A stretch of 64,000 bases of DNA, from assembly GCA_963666345.1 (NCBI GenBank), contig OY762721.1, positions 1,152,001-1,216,000 of the forward strand. The letters are read 5' to 3'. This DNA is from Desulfatiglandales bacterium (GTDB lineage Bacteria; Desulfobacterota; DSM-4660; Desulfatiglandales; Desulfatiglandaceae). This document shows positions 19,059 through 29,132 of this stretch, one piece after another. Below the pieces are notes generated by a model that worked only from the letters and a program-made list of their open reading frames with translations, searched no databases and was not told the origin of the DNA. The stretch's first letter is position 1; every line of letters begins with the position of its first letter. The translations under genes and the position numbers were made by a program.

Positions 19059-19122
19059 AGATAACGATAAAGATTTTATTGAGAGTGATGCTTTGCAGCA
19101 TTCTCAATAAAATTGTGTTGGA
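19059..19122 (-). repeat. Degenerate attC-like hairpin
   Basis: Minus strand GTCCAAC...TTTTATTGAGA..GC/GC..TCTCAATAAAA...GTTATCT. Confidence 0.4.
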
Positions 19123-19467
19123 CTGAGCCGATTCGCCCCATGCTATGGGGATTGTATCGGTTCTCTTATAAAGGATATCTGATAAATCTTTGTCTCTTTG
19201 ATAGATTGAACAGCGTTTTTAATGCAGTGGAAGTTCATACTACCATCTTCAACGGTCTTTAATGACCTGGGAAAAGGTGTTTTTAATGCTTAAGCACACT
19301 CTTTTCCCATAGGCCTTTCCAGGTCTCTTATGTTTGTGATCCAGATTTTTCTAATAGCCAGGTTGTTCACGGGGAAGCCCTCGCAGGCAATGGATTTATA
19401 ACTTTCCTAAAATGCATCCTTCCTTTGCCGCATTGGGGGCATACCATCACATCAATGCCTGTCAGCC

Positions 19468-19860
19468 TTAAGAGTAAATCTTGCCACCTTTCTCTCCCTT
19501 TAACGGAGCGACCTCTTTTAAAATGGTTTCCGGCGTCCCTTTGCTGGTCAGGCTGTAGACGACAGGTATTCCCACAGCCCTCGCCTTTGTGACAAGTGTC
19601 TTGATTTTAGGAACAGAAGCTATACATCGAGGCCTTCTCTCTGAATTACAGGTTCGCTTTTCAATGTCCAAAACCAAAAGGGCCGTAACCTTGGAGTCCA
19701 CTTTGACCGGTTTGATCGCAGGGGCCTCCGGCGCTTTGACGCTGGTCCATTCGTCAATAATCGTTTCATCTGCCCGAACAGGGCCTGTAAAAAACAAAAG
19801 AACGCCGAATAAAACGGTTCCCTTCATAATCATTTGTTTCACATTTATTTTCATAGTCAT
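19468..19860 (-). pseudogene. Secreted isochorismatase-family (cysteine hydrolase) protein, C-terminally truncated
   Basis: Signal peptide, TALLVLD, L..KAR..GIPVVYS; ends before the catalytic C-terminal half. Confidence 0.65.
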
Positions 19861-20256
19861 CTCTCTTAGTCCTCCATTTTTTTAACGCTGTAATCAGACG
19901 GGATTGATTCAGGCTTGAATCATTATTAAGCCCGGGCAAACCCGGCAAGACTGATGATATCTTAATAGCTGGTTCAAAATAATGAGTTCCAATATATCGG
20001 GAACTTAGATTTCAGTTAAATGTAAGACATTGTCGACCGCCCGTACCTAATCTTGTGCATTGAAAATTTTGAAATATTTATCCAATACCATTTTCATATC
20101 GCAACTCTCATTGAGCCTGCCATCTCCATAAGATACCACCATTTTTAAAGAAGGGTCCGGAAAGTAGCTTTTCCAAAAACTGATTTAAAGGTTGGTATCA
20201 TTTTCGATATAATCTTATCCGGATATGTTCGGTCTTAATTCACGGTTTTCTTTTAT

Positions 20257-21605
20257 GGTTCATCCGGCAAATGCCGGGGTAATAATATTGGTTGGTGAAT
20301 TTACTGTAAAAAGCCATAGAAAAATCGTCGCCAATGGGTTATCTCGTTTCTGAGCTACGACACTACAGACACGAGAGGAGACCGACAATGGCGACGACAA
20401 GCTTTTTGTATCACACAATGGGCCTTAAAGGCTACCGACACATTCGTACCGAGTATCGTTATGGTGTTGTCTTTTACCATGTAAAACTGAGGAACACCAA
20501 ACGCAGGTGCAGAAGATGCGGTGCCAGGTGGCGTTATCTCAGAAAAGCAGGAAAATTTACCAGGGTTTTTCATGCCTTGCCCATTGGCAGAAAGCCACAG
20601 AAGATAGTGCTTCATGGGCATGAACAATACTGCCGGCATTGTGGACGTATATTGAGGGAACCCATTAAATTTGCCAGAGGGAAAAAGCGTTCTTTGAGAT
20701 GTTTTGATCGATTTATCGTTGATCTGTGCACTATTGCTACCATCAAGGCAGTGGCTGCGTTCCTTGGGGTTGGATGGGATCTGGTTAAAGGCATCTTCAA
20801 GGAAGATCTTAAAAAGCGCTTGAGCAGACGAAAGCTGAGAAGAGTCCGCTACATTGCGGTTGATGAGTTTGCTCTTCGAAAGGGGCATCATTACATGACT
20901 GTGGTCATGGATCTTGAAACCGGACAGATCCTTTATGCTGAGAAGGGCAAGGATGCACAGGCCTTGATCCCTTTTCTCAAAACGCTGCGCAGGAGAAGAA
21001 TAAAACTCATGGCAGTGGCAATGGACATGTCCCCGGCCTACATGAATGCTGTTAAGGAAGTATTCCCCAATGTTGATATCGTACACGATCCTTACCATGT
21101 GGTGGTTAATGTCAACAAGGCTATTGATGAAACCAGGAAAAATATTTACCGCACCATGACAGGCAAGCAGCGTGGCATCATTAAAGGATCGAGGTTTTTG
21201 CTGCTCAGACCGCTAGAGGCTTTAAGTGAGGCCTCACTTTCAAAGCTTTCTGCTATTATGGAAATCAATGAGCCGCTGTATAAAGCATATATACTGAAAG
21301 AAGAACTTCGCTGGTTCTGGAATCTACCGAATGCATGGTTAGGTGAGCAATTCTTGGATAACTGGATCAAGGAAGCATACGAAACAGGTATCAAAAGCTT
21401 CATAAAGCTGGCTGATTCACTGCTGCGACACAAACCAGGTTTGTTATCATATTTTGCTCACCGTATCTCCACTGGTCCACTTGAGGGCCTTAACAACAAA
21501 ATCAAAGTGCTCAAACGACAAGCATATGGTTTCAGAGACAACGAGTATTTTAAACTACGTCTCTACTTCTTACATAATGACACCCCGGCATTTGCCGGAT
21601 GAACC
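20257..21605 (+). mobile_element. Intact ISL3-family insertion sequence
   Basis: 24-bp perfect TIR GGTTCATCCGGCAAATGCCGGGGT; 8-bp duplication TCTTTTAT at 20249-20256 and 21606-21613. Confidence 0.95.
20388..21602 (+). CDS. ISL3-family transposase
   Basis: CxxC zinc finger, IAVDEFA..KGH.Y.T, AMDMS..Y, HD.YHV, EG.NNKIK..KR.AYGFR; GAGGAG RBS before ATG 20388. Confidence 0.95.
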   Translation: MATTSFLYHTMGLKGYRHIRTEYRYGVVFYHVKLRNTKRRCRRCGARWRYLRKAGKFTRVFHALPIGRKPQKIVLHGHEQYCRHCGRILREPIKFARGKKRSLRCFDRFIVDLCTIATIKAVAAFLGVGWDLVKGIFKEDLKKRLSRRKLRRVRYIAVDEFALRKGHHYMTVVMDLETGQILYAEKGKDAQALIPFLKTLRRRRIKLMAVAMDMSPAYMNAVKEVFPNVDIVHDPYHVVVNVNKAIDETRKNIYRTMTGKQRGIIKGSRFLLLRPLEALSEASLSKLSAIMEINEPLYKAYILKEELRWFWNLPNAWLGEQFLDNWIKEAYETGIKSFIKLADSLLRHKPGLLSYFAHRISTGPLEGLNNKIKVLKRQAYGFRDNEYFKLRLYFLHNDTPAFAG

Positions 21606-21677
21606 TCTTTTATTTTGCCCCATCGTGTTTATATTAAAAGCAATGTTTAAAACTTATGACATGAGCGAATATCAGGA

Positions 21678-22373
21678 ATGAACAAGACTATTTCACTAAT
21701 CACACTTTCAGTATCTCTAATACTCGGTATGACACAACCCATTGAATCTGCCGCACGAACGGAAACAGCCACTATTGCAATGGGCTGATTCTGGGGACCT
21801 GACTCCCGGTTCGGGGGCATAAAAGGCGTCTTAAGCACTGAAGTGGGGTATACGGGAGGTATGACAAGAAACCCCACATACCACAGCATTGGCGACCATA
21901 CAGAGAGCCTTCAAATTCGCTATGACCCTGAAATGATTGACTACGGCTATATCCTTGAGACCTTTCAAAAGAGCCACATAATAACTGATAGATCATTTTC
22001 CAGACAATATCGATCCGCCATATTTTATCATGATGAAACCCAGAGAAGGATTGCCCAAAAAATGCTTGAAAGGGTCGAAAAAGATACCCGCAAAAGGGTG
22101 TACACTCAGATCGAAGCCTTGAAAATATTCTACCCCGCAGAGGATTATCATCAAAAATATGCCTTGAGGAGACATCCCGAGATCATTCGTCTGCTGGTGA
22201 ACCATTATAAAAACGAGAAGGAGTTTATGGAATCCACCATCGCAGCGAGGCTAAACGGTTATCTGGGCGGACATGGCAATTTAGGAATCGTGAGAGAAGA
22301 AATTTTGAAACTTGACATTGAAGACGATAAGAAAACCAAATTAATCGGATTACTGGAAAAGGTCATCCGTTGA
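21678..22373 (+). CDS. msrA: Selenocysteine-containing peptide methionine sulfoxide reductase A with signal peptide
   Basis: In-frame TGA at 21786-21788 in G-U-FWG (GCFWG motif); VGYTGG, NPTY, DHTE, QYRSAIF, FYPAEDYHQKY; hairpin CTCCC-GGTTC-GGGGG just 3' of the TGA. Confidence 0.88.
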
Positions 22374-22427
22374 AGCCCATACTACACTTTCAAATAAAGG
22401 GGCTTTATCACCTGTTGTTTCATCTCA

Positions 22428-22621
22428 AAACACCAGGATATATTCCCACTGAAAAATCCCAGATCATCTGATCAGGTGTGCACTGGTCTGGATTTTCTTC
22501 ATTTAACAGGATTTTCGTCTTTTACGATACCATTTTCATATCACAACTTTGGCTAAGGTTGTGATTTCACCCGCAAACACCAGGATATATTCACCATGAA
22601 AAGCCCCAAATCCTCTGATCA
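22428..22621 (+). repeat. Two ~47-bp imperfect direct repeats (22428-22474, 22575-22621)
   Basis: AAACACCAGGATATATTC...GAAAA..CCCA.ATC.TCTGATCA. Confidence 0.55.
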
Positions 22622-22846
22622 TATCACAGTTCTTCACTAAGCTGAGATACCAACCATTTGACGCCTTTTTCCTTTTTATGAGATAACTTTCAAATCGCAG
22701 GTTCGGTTAACCCTGTGATATCCAGCAATAACACCCACTTTTACAGCATCAATGACACAAGATAAAGTCATCCCTCTTGTGATTACCTTTGGAATTGTTG
22801 ATTTTTATAGCTGGCCGGAATTTTTGGATAGGATAATTATTTGCAG

Positions 22847-24592
22847 CTATTCATCATCATAAAGATGCATATCAGGATAATATTTTTTGGCACATTCTGG
22901 ACAAATACCGTGGCTAAATTCAATATCGGAATGTTTGTTCATATATGATTCGATCTTATTCCAATATCCCTTGTCATCGCGTATCTTTTTGCAGTGAGCG
23001 CAAATGGGTAAAAAACCCTGTAATGTTTTAACTTCTGATAGTGTTTTCTGAAGTTTGTCTCTTTCTTGCTGCAGAGCCTCCTCGGCTTTCTTGCGCACTT
23101 GAAGGGTTTTTGTCAGTTCCTCGTTTTTGATCTTTATTTCCAGGGTTCTATCCTCCACCTCCTGCTCAAGGTTTTCGGCATATGCCTTTTCCCGGTCCCT
23201 GGCATCGCACAGATTATCAATCATATTATTAAATGATTGGGCAAATGAGCCTATTTCATCTTTTGTATGTATATCAACGTGCGTTGTCAGATTTCCTTCT
23301 TTAACACGCAAAGCCCCCTTGGAAAGCTTGCCTAAGGGCCTGATGAAGTTCTTTATAGAGAGTATTGCTATAGCAATAATCGAGATTATCAAGAATAGAA
23401 TAGTTGCCAAGGTGAATTTCGTAGCCATTGACTTAACTGTTGAATCCAGCACGTTGCGGGTTTCCTGGATAGAGCCAAGAATAACGTCCTCAGCTACTAC
23501 TGTACCTAAACGCCATCCGGTTGAAGGCAAAAAATGAGAAGAAAGTATATATGGTTGTCCATTCAGAACAAACCGGGAAACCTTGTATTTATTCTCAATC
23601 ATACTTTCGCCTATCTTTCTGATTTCCACATTAGAGGAGTCCAATAGACTATGTTTCAGGATAACCGTGGCATCCACCAGTTTGTCCCGGTCTATCTTGA
23701 TTTCAAACATATCCAAATATTCCGGAGGGAAGGCAATAAGCCTTCCCTGATTATCAACAAGAAAGGAAAACAGGCCGTTCATCCTGTGAGGGGAGGGTAT
23801 GTTTTCAAAAATGTCGGTCACAATGGTATCCAGGGTAATATCAACCCCGGCTCCGCCGAGGTATTGTCCGCTCTTGCTGTAAACAGGGGTGCTCGCAGTG
23901 ATCAACAATCCCTGGTCGACACTGTCTAAGTAGATATTCGACCATACGGTCTTGCGTTCAAGGTTGTTTTCCGGCTTTGTAATCACATACCAGTTCGCAT
24001 TTCTTATATCAAATTTTGTTGTCGGAGGAAGTTTATCCACACCATGAATATTGGGATAGTAACGGGCGATTCCGGGCTCGGTGACAACATAACAGGCAAT
24101 ACTTTCGGGGTTTTCCTCTTTAATGGTTTCGAGAAAGGGATCAAGGTGGGAAAGAGTATTGATCTGTTCAATGATTCCCTCTGACATGTAAGGAGCGCCC
24201 CAGTATAATACCATTGTTCTTTCTGAACGATCATTTGAAAAGATTCCATTATGCGGGTAGACGACGATTTTCTCGTTTGGTTTGAGAGGCGTTTTTCCGT
24301 ATAAGGTCATATTTTCCAGGAGAACAGCAGACTGTTTGGCTATCATGGCTGAAGAAGCGGCGAACTTTTTGAAAGTGTTTTCATATCGCATAGCCTGTTC
24401 ATGAGCGATACGGGCCAGAAAAGCGTTTGCATTATCCCTGATGTTTGTTTCATTCCTGGAGGCGGATAATTCTCCGAATTCCGTAATCAGTTGTTTAGCG
24501 ATATAAGCAAGAGAAACCATTGACAACACCAGCACAAGTGAAAACGTTATCAACAATTTAACCCCTATTTTCGAATACAGCCATTTACGCAT
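22847..24592 (-). CDS. Membrane sensor: Cache domain, HAMP, coiled coil and C-terminal CxxC...CxxC domain
   Basis: Two TM helices, W...YLD....L.IT.S.PVY, DEIG..A.SFN.M, LPICAHCKKIRDDKGYW...FSHGICPEC. Confidence 0.85.
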   Translation of the reverse strand: MRKWLYSKIGVKLLITFSLVLVLSMVSLAYIAKQLITEFGELSASRNETNIRDNANAFLARIAHEQAMRYENTFKKFAASSAMIAKQSAVLLENMTLYGKTPLKPNEKIVVYPHNGIFSNDRSERTMVLYWGAPYMSEGIIEQINTLSHLDPFLETIKEENPESIACYVVTEPGIARYYPNIHGVDKLPPTTKFDIRNANWYVITKPENNLERKTVWSNIYLDSVDQGLLITASTPVYSKSGQYLGGAGVDITLDTIVTDIFENIPSPHRMNGLFSFLVDNQGRLIAFPPEYLDMFEIKIDRDKLVDATVILKHSLLDSSNVEIRKIGESMIENKYKVSRFVLNGQPYILSSHFLPSTGWRLGTVVAEDVILGSIQETRNVLDSTVKSMATKFTLATILFLIISIIAIAILSIKNFIRPLGKLSKGALRVKEGNLTTHVDIHTKDEIGSFAQSFNNMIDNLCDARDREKAYAENLEQEVEDRTLEIKIKNEELTKTLQVRKKAEEALQQERDKLQKTLSEVKTLQGFLPICAHCKKIRDDKGYWNKIESYMNKHSDIEFSHGICPECAKKYYPDMHLYDDE

Positions 24593-24791
24593 AACGACAC
24601 CTTAAAAGAGGTTAACGTATGGTTTGACTACTGTAATAGTGCATTTCAACCTGATCCCAGATAATTCAGTGAGTCAGGCGACATCACAAACCATGCTTTC
24701 TGCATCATTATTTATCTGATAGCCGACCATTTCAAGTATGCTACCGGTATCCTGGAAAATTTCAGAGCGAGCATACTCAAGGTTCGGATAA

Positions 24792-26744
24792 TTATTCTTG
24801 AGCAGAGGCCATTGCCTTGTTCAGCACCTCCCGCACTTTGCGCGTCAAACCTGCCGGTGAAAAAGGCTTTTCGAGAAAATTAAGTCCCGGTGCCAGAACA
24901 CCGCGATGAACAATAGAGTCGTCAGTATATCCGGACATGTAAATCACTTTCATTCGTGGGTAGAGAGTTTGCAGCCGTTCTGCGACTTCCTTACCGCCCA
25001 TCCTGGGCATCACCACATCAGTGATCAGCAGATCAATCGTTCCCTCGTGCTCCTTGCTTATTCTCAAGGCATCTTCCCCGTTTTCAGCCACCAGTACTCT
25101 GTATCCATGGGGCTGGAGAGACTTTTGTGCAAGTTTTCGAAGACTATTATCATCTTCTACAATCAAAACGGTCTCAGAACCACTAAGCTTCTCAATAGGG
25201 GTTTGTTCTTTTTCCCCCTTCTTAACATCTCTTTTTACCTTGGGCAGATAAATCTTGAAGGTGGAACCCTGTCCGGGCTCGCTGTAGACCCATATAAAAC
25301 CATTGTTTTGTTTGACAATGCCGTAGATCGTGGACAGGCCCAATCCTGTACCCTTGCCTTTTTCCTTGGTGGTGTAAAAAGGATCAAAGATATGTTCCTG
25401 GAGTCCTTTGTCCATCCCTATGCCGGTATCACTTACAGTCAGCAACACATAAGAGCCTGGCTGCTTTTCAACAGTGCCGTGATCGGTAAAATAGTTCTCG
25501 CCCAGATCCATGTTGACCGTTTCAATGGTGAGCTTGCCTCCATTGGGCATGGCGTCCCTGGCATTGACCGCCAGGTTCATGATCACCTGCTCCATTTGTC
25601 CGGGGTCTATCTCTACCTTCCATAAGCCAGATCCTGGGGTTATCAGAATTTCAATATCCTCTCCAATCAGGCGGACAAGCATCTTTTTTATACCTGTCAA
25701 TAATTTATTCAGGTCCAGAATCCTAGGCTGGACAATCTGTTTGCGGCTGAAGGCGAGGAGCTGGCGGGTCAAAGCGGCTGCCCTTTCCCCGGCTAACTTG
25801 ATCTCCTCTATCTCCTCAGTTAAGGGTTTATCGGTTTCGACAGTCATTAACATAAGGTCAGCATACCCGATGATGGTGGTCAGTATATTGTTGAAATCAT
25901 GGGCCACACCGCCTGCTAAGGTGCCGATGGCTTCCATCTTCTGGGCCTGACGGAGCTGCGCCTCGATCTGCATGCGTTTGGTGACATCGGTGAAGAACCC
26001 CACGTTGCACTCCAGGCCGTCGATGACGGCCGAGGTCGTTTGGATGTCCGCAAAGATGACGCTGCCATCTTTCCGGAGGCAGGGAAGATTCGGAGCGAGA
26101 AGCCTATCGCCACGCGCCTGGGCCTCGAACTCGGCCAGGACGTGATTGAGCGACTCTTTGGGGTGGATATCCGTCACGTCCAGCCCTATGAGCTCTTCTT
26201 CGGCATACCCCAACATCTCGCATATGGCTGGATTGCAGTATCTGAATCTCCGGGTCTCCATGTCCGCCACCAGTATGCCCTCTGTAGCTCCTTCAAATAT
26301 TATCCTATACCTTTCTTCTGATTCTTTGAGTACCTGTTCTGCAGACTCTTCCAGCAGGTCTTCTAATTGCCTGCGCTCGGTAATGTCCTCGATGGCCAGC
26401 AGGATGATCCGTTCCTTGCCCCATGTTTGTTCAATCTGGCGGGCATTCAACAGCATGACGCGCCTGCCGATGGTGGCAAAATCGTGTTCAACCTCATAAT
26501 TGTTAAAGCTGGTCTTTTCGGGAAGAATGGTTTCCAGCAGTTCCCGCAGCTTGGGGATATCCCACTGTTTGTTGCCAAGGTCATAGATAAGCCGTCCCAC
26601 AGTCTCTTCGGGTTTTACCTTGAAAAATTCATAGAAGGAACGGCTGGCTGCGATAACCTTCAGCTCTGAATCAAGTACCAAAAGGGGTTCACGTATTGTT
26701 TCTACGATATCTTCGAATATCTGGTCTGTCTGAGTCGCTACCAT
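24792..26744 (-). CDS. Hybrid sensor histidine kinase (2x PAS, HisKA, HATPase, receiver)
   Basis: AHDFNNIL H-box, NLAVNARDAM, DTG.GM, PFYTTK..GKGTGLGL, LLITDVVMP. Confidence 0.95.
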   Translation of the reverse strand: MVATQTDQIFEDIVETIREPLLVLDSELKVIAASRSFYEFFKVKPEETVGRLIYDLGNKQWDIPKLRELLETILPEKTSFNNYEVEHDFATIGRRVMLLNARQIEQTWGKERIILLAIEDITERRQLEDLLEESAEQVLKESEERYRIIFEGATEGILVADMETRRFRYCNPAICEMLGYAEEELIGLDVTDIHPKESLNHVLAEFEAQARGDRLLAPNLPCLRKDGSVIFADIQTTSAVIDGLECNVGFFTDVTKRMQIEAQLRQAQKMEAIGTLAGGVAHDFNNILTTIIGYADLMLMTVETDKPLTEEIEEIKLAGERAAALTRQLLAFSRKQIVQPRILDLNKLLTGIKKMLVRLIGEDIEILITPGSGLWKVEIDPGQMEQVIMNLAVNARDAMPNGGKLTIETVNMDLGENYFTDHGTVEKQPGSYVLLTVSDTGIGMDKGLQEHIFDPFYTTKEKGKGTGLGLSTIYGIVKQNNGFIWVYSEPGQGSTFKIYLPKVKRDVKKGEKEQTPIEKLSGSETVLIVEDDNSLRKLAQKSLQPHGYRVLVAENGEDALRISKEHEGTIDLLITDVVMPRMGGKEVAERLQTLYPRMKVIYMSGYTDDSIVHRGVLAPGLNFLEKPFSPAGLTRKVREVLNKAMASAQE

Positions 26745-27164
26745 AGTGCTCTCCTCTCTACATCAAGCCTTGACTTTATTTTGTTTGAATAAATGGAGCT
26801 TTTGAGTGTCAAGCATACTCGCTGTATCATTGATTTTTTTAACCTTTGAAAACTCAACCATGCTTGCATCTTGCATAATACTTCAAAATCTTCACAATAG
26901 GGATAGTTATCCTAACTTCAGGTATGCAAAATCATCGTAAAAGCGGAAAGGCCATTTAGCTTGATTATCAGTCAATCACTATATCCACAAATTAAGGATA
27001 ACATATTTATAATAATATGAAAATCTTTGATCTACAAATATTAGCTCATATTGACATAGCTTTTCGATACCTCAATATTCTAAGCAGCTTAAATAGTTCA
27101 GATATGTTTGACTTATCATCGGTAGGGCGTGGGTAAAGGGATGAGAAAATATTCCAGGTCCCGG

Positions 27165-28706
27165 CTACCTGTACTGCTTCGGGTTTATATCGTATTTTTT
27201 TACCTTGTAGCCGAAGATGCGCTCGGTGGTCTTTAAGGCCATTGCGGCCTGGCGCATGTTACCCCTGCTGTTTTTGAGTGCCTCCACAAGAAGCTCGTTT
27301 TCATATCTTTCTACCGCCTCTTCAAGGGAATTGGACTGCTGGGTGCCTGTCTCTTCCGCGGTCTGAAGAGTCGGCGGCAGATGATAGCCGTGTATTACCT
27401 GATCGTCACACAGGAGTACGGCCCTTTCAATGCAGTTTTCAAGCTCTCTTACGTTTCCGGGCCAGTGATACTGAGTGAGCGCGTCAATGGCGGGCGTTGA
27501 TATCCTCTTTATGTCCTTTCCGTATTCCTTTGCGTACTTTTCCAGGAAATAGTCGGCAAGAAGGAGCAGGTCCGATTCCCTGTCCCTTAAGGCGGGCATA
27601 TAGATGGGATACACATTGAGCCTGTAGAAGAGGTCTTCCCTGAAACCGCCCTCTTCCACCTCGGCCGCCAGATCCTGGTTGGTGGCGGCCACGAGCCTGA
27701 TATTGACCCTTATGGTCTTTGTCCCGCCCAGTCTTTCAAGCTCCCTTTCCTGGAGGACCCTCAGGAGCTTTGCCTGGCTTTCAAGGGCGAGTGAGCCTAT
27801 CTCGTCGAGAAAGATCGTGCCCCCGTTTGCAAGCTCGAATTTTCCCGCCTTCTGCGCGTTTGCGCCGGTAAAGGCCCCTTTTTCATATCCGAACAGTTCC
27901 GCCTCGACAAGATTTGCCGGCAGGGCCGCACAGTTTACCTTGATAAGGGGTTTTCCCGATCGCAGGCTGTTATAGTGGATGGCGTTTGCGACAAGCTCTT
28001 TTCCGGTGCCGCTTTCACCTAGGAGCAGGACATTGGCATTGCTTTTTGCCACCTGGGTGATCAGGTAGAATACCTCCTGCATCTTGCGGCTGTTTCCTAT
28101 TATGCTGGTAAAGCTGTATTTCTTATTTAAGGTCCTTTTAAGCCTTATGTTTTCCTGCCTCAACTGATCCGTTTCCCGGTTTATCCTCTCAAGAAGCGCC
28201 ACCTTCTGGGCGATAAGGCTGCTTATCACGGTCAGAAGCCGCACGTCTTCATCCAGAAGATCCTTGTCCTGAAACGCCCGGTCCACGCTCAAGGCCCCTA
28301 TTGTCCTTTTTCCGCTCTTTATCGGCACGCATACAAATGAGATCTTTGATTTATCTATCCCCTTTCGTGATCCCGTCTTATCCAGAAAAAGAGGTTCATC
28401 ATCTATATTGGGCACAACCATCGGCCTTCCCGATTCTATTACCCGGCCTGTAATGCCTTCACCCAGCCTGTACCGCCCCTTTGTCTTTTCTTTTTTGGAG
28501 AGCCCGTGGGCGACCTCGATATGGGTCTCGGACGTGTCAGGGTCAAGAAGGGTAATTGAGCCCCTTTTCATACCGAGGTGCTCTGAAAGGAGATCCAGTA
28601 TGCCGTAAAGAGATTTTCGCAGGTCAAGCGTGGAATGTATTGCCAGACTTATCTCATAAAGGCATGCTATTTCATCAGGCCTGGGGCCGGTCTTTTTTCC
28701 GCTCAT
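27165..28706 (-). CDS. NifA-like GAF-AAA+-HTH sigma-54 activator
   Basis: GAF ([17 protein letters not shown]), [27 protein letters not shown]. Confidence 0.9.
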   Translation of the reverse strand: MSGKKTGPRPDEIACLYEISLAIHSTLDLRKSLYGILDLLSEHLGMKRGSITLLDPDTSETHIEVAHGLSKKEKTKGRYRLGEGITGRVIESGRPMVVPNIDDEPLFLDKTGSRKGIDKSKISFVCVPIKSGKRTIGALSVDRAFQDKDLLDEDVRLLTVISSLIAQKVALLERINRETDQLRQENIRLKRTLNKKYSFTSIIGNSRKMQEVFYLITQVAKSNANVLLLGESGTGKELVANAIHYNSLRSGKPLIKVNCAALPANLVEAELFGYEKGAFTGANAQKAGKFELANGGTIFLDEIGSLALESQAKLLRVLQERELERLGGTKTIRVNIRLVAATNQDLAAEVEEGGFREDLFYRLNVYPIYMPALRDRESDLLLLADYFLEKYAKEYGKDIKRISTPAIDALTQYHWPGNVRELENCIERAVLLCDDQVIHGYHLPPTLQTAEETGTQQSNSLEEAVERYENELLVEALKNSRGNMRQAAMALKTTERIFGYKVKKYDINPKQYR

Positions 28707-29132
28707 GCTTAAGCTCTTCGCTTTCTTTTTTTTAAGTCAGGAGATATTATCGTGCGTTTCCGCCCTGGAAACAATCCAAAATAGTATTTTTAAGGGTTTT
28801 ACAATACAAATTTGTAGATAACATGGCAAGCCCTAAAAAGAGGCCCGGAGCCACATAAACAAAAAAAATCCCGCTAGATGCCACGGACAAATCTTCCCGG
28901 CCCTTTGAACCGGCGCGTTAAAGCCATTAACAAGCCTTGCGGTATCTGATATCCCCTGTCTCAAGCACAACGGGGGAGGGCTGCGGGAAAAAGCAAAAAA
29001 ATTATTGTTATTGAAAAATAAAAGCGATAGATTTAAACGCTAGTTTTTTCATGCTTTTAAATCGGATTGTTTACAAGAGGGACGATCTCCCGCAGATATT
29101 AAAAAAAGGTATACAGATAAAAGGAGAATTAC

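Noticed and set aside
20355..21098. 247-aa minus-strand ORF inside the IS
   Set aside because: Antisense shadow of the ISL3 transposase
21843..22373. 176-aa ORF as the complete msrA or as a pseudogene
   Set aside because: Lacks the catalytic motif; better explained by Sec read-through from ATG 21678
27165..28706. Calling this nifA / evidence of nitrogen fixation
   Set aside because: Architecture is NifA-like but no nif genes are in the window, so the symbol was withheld
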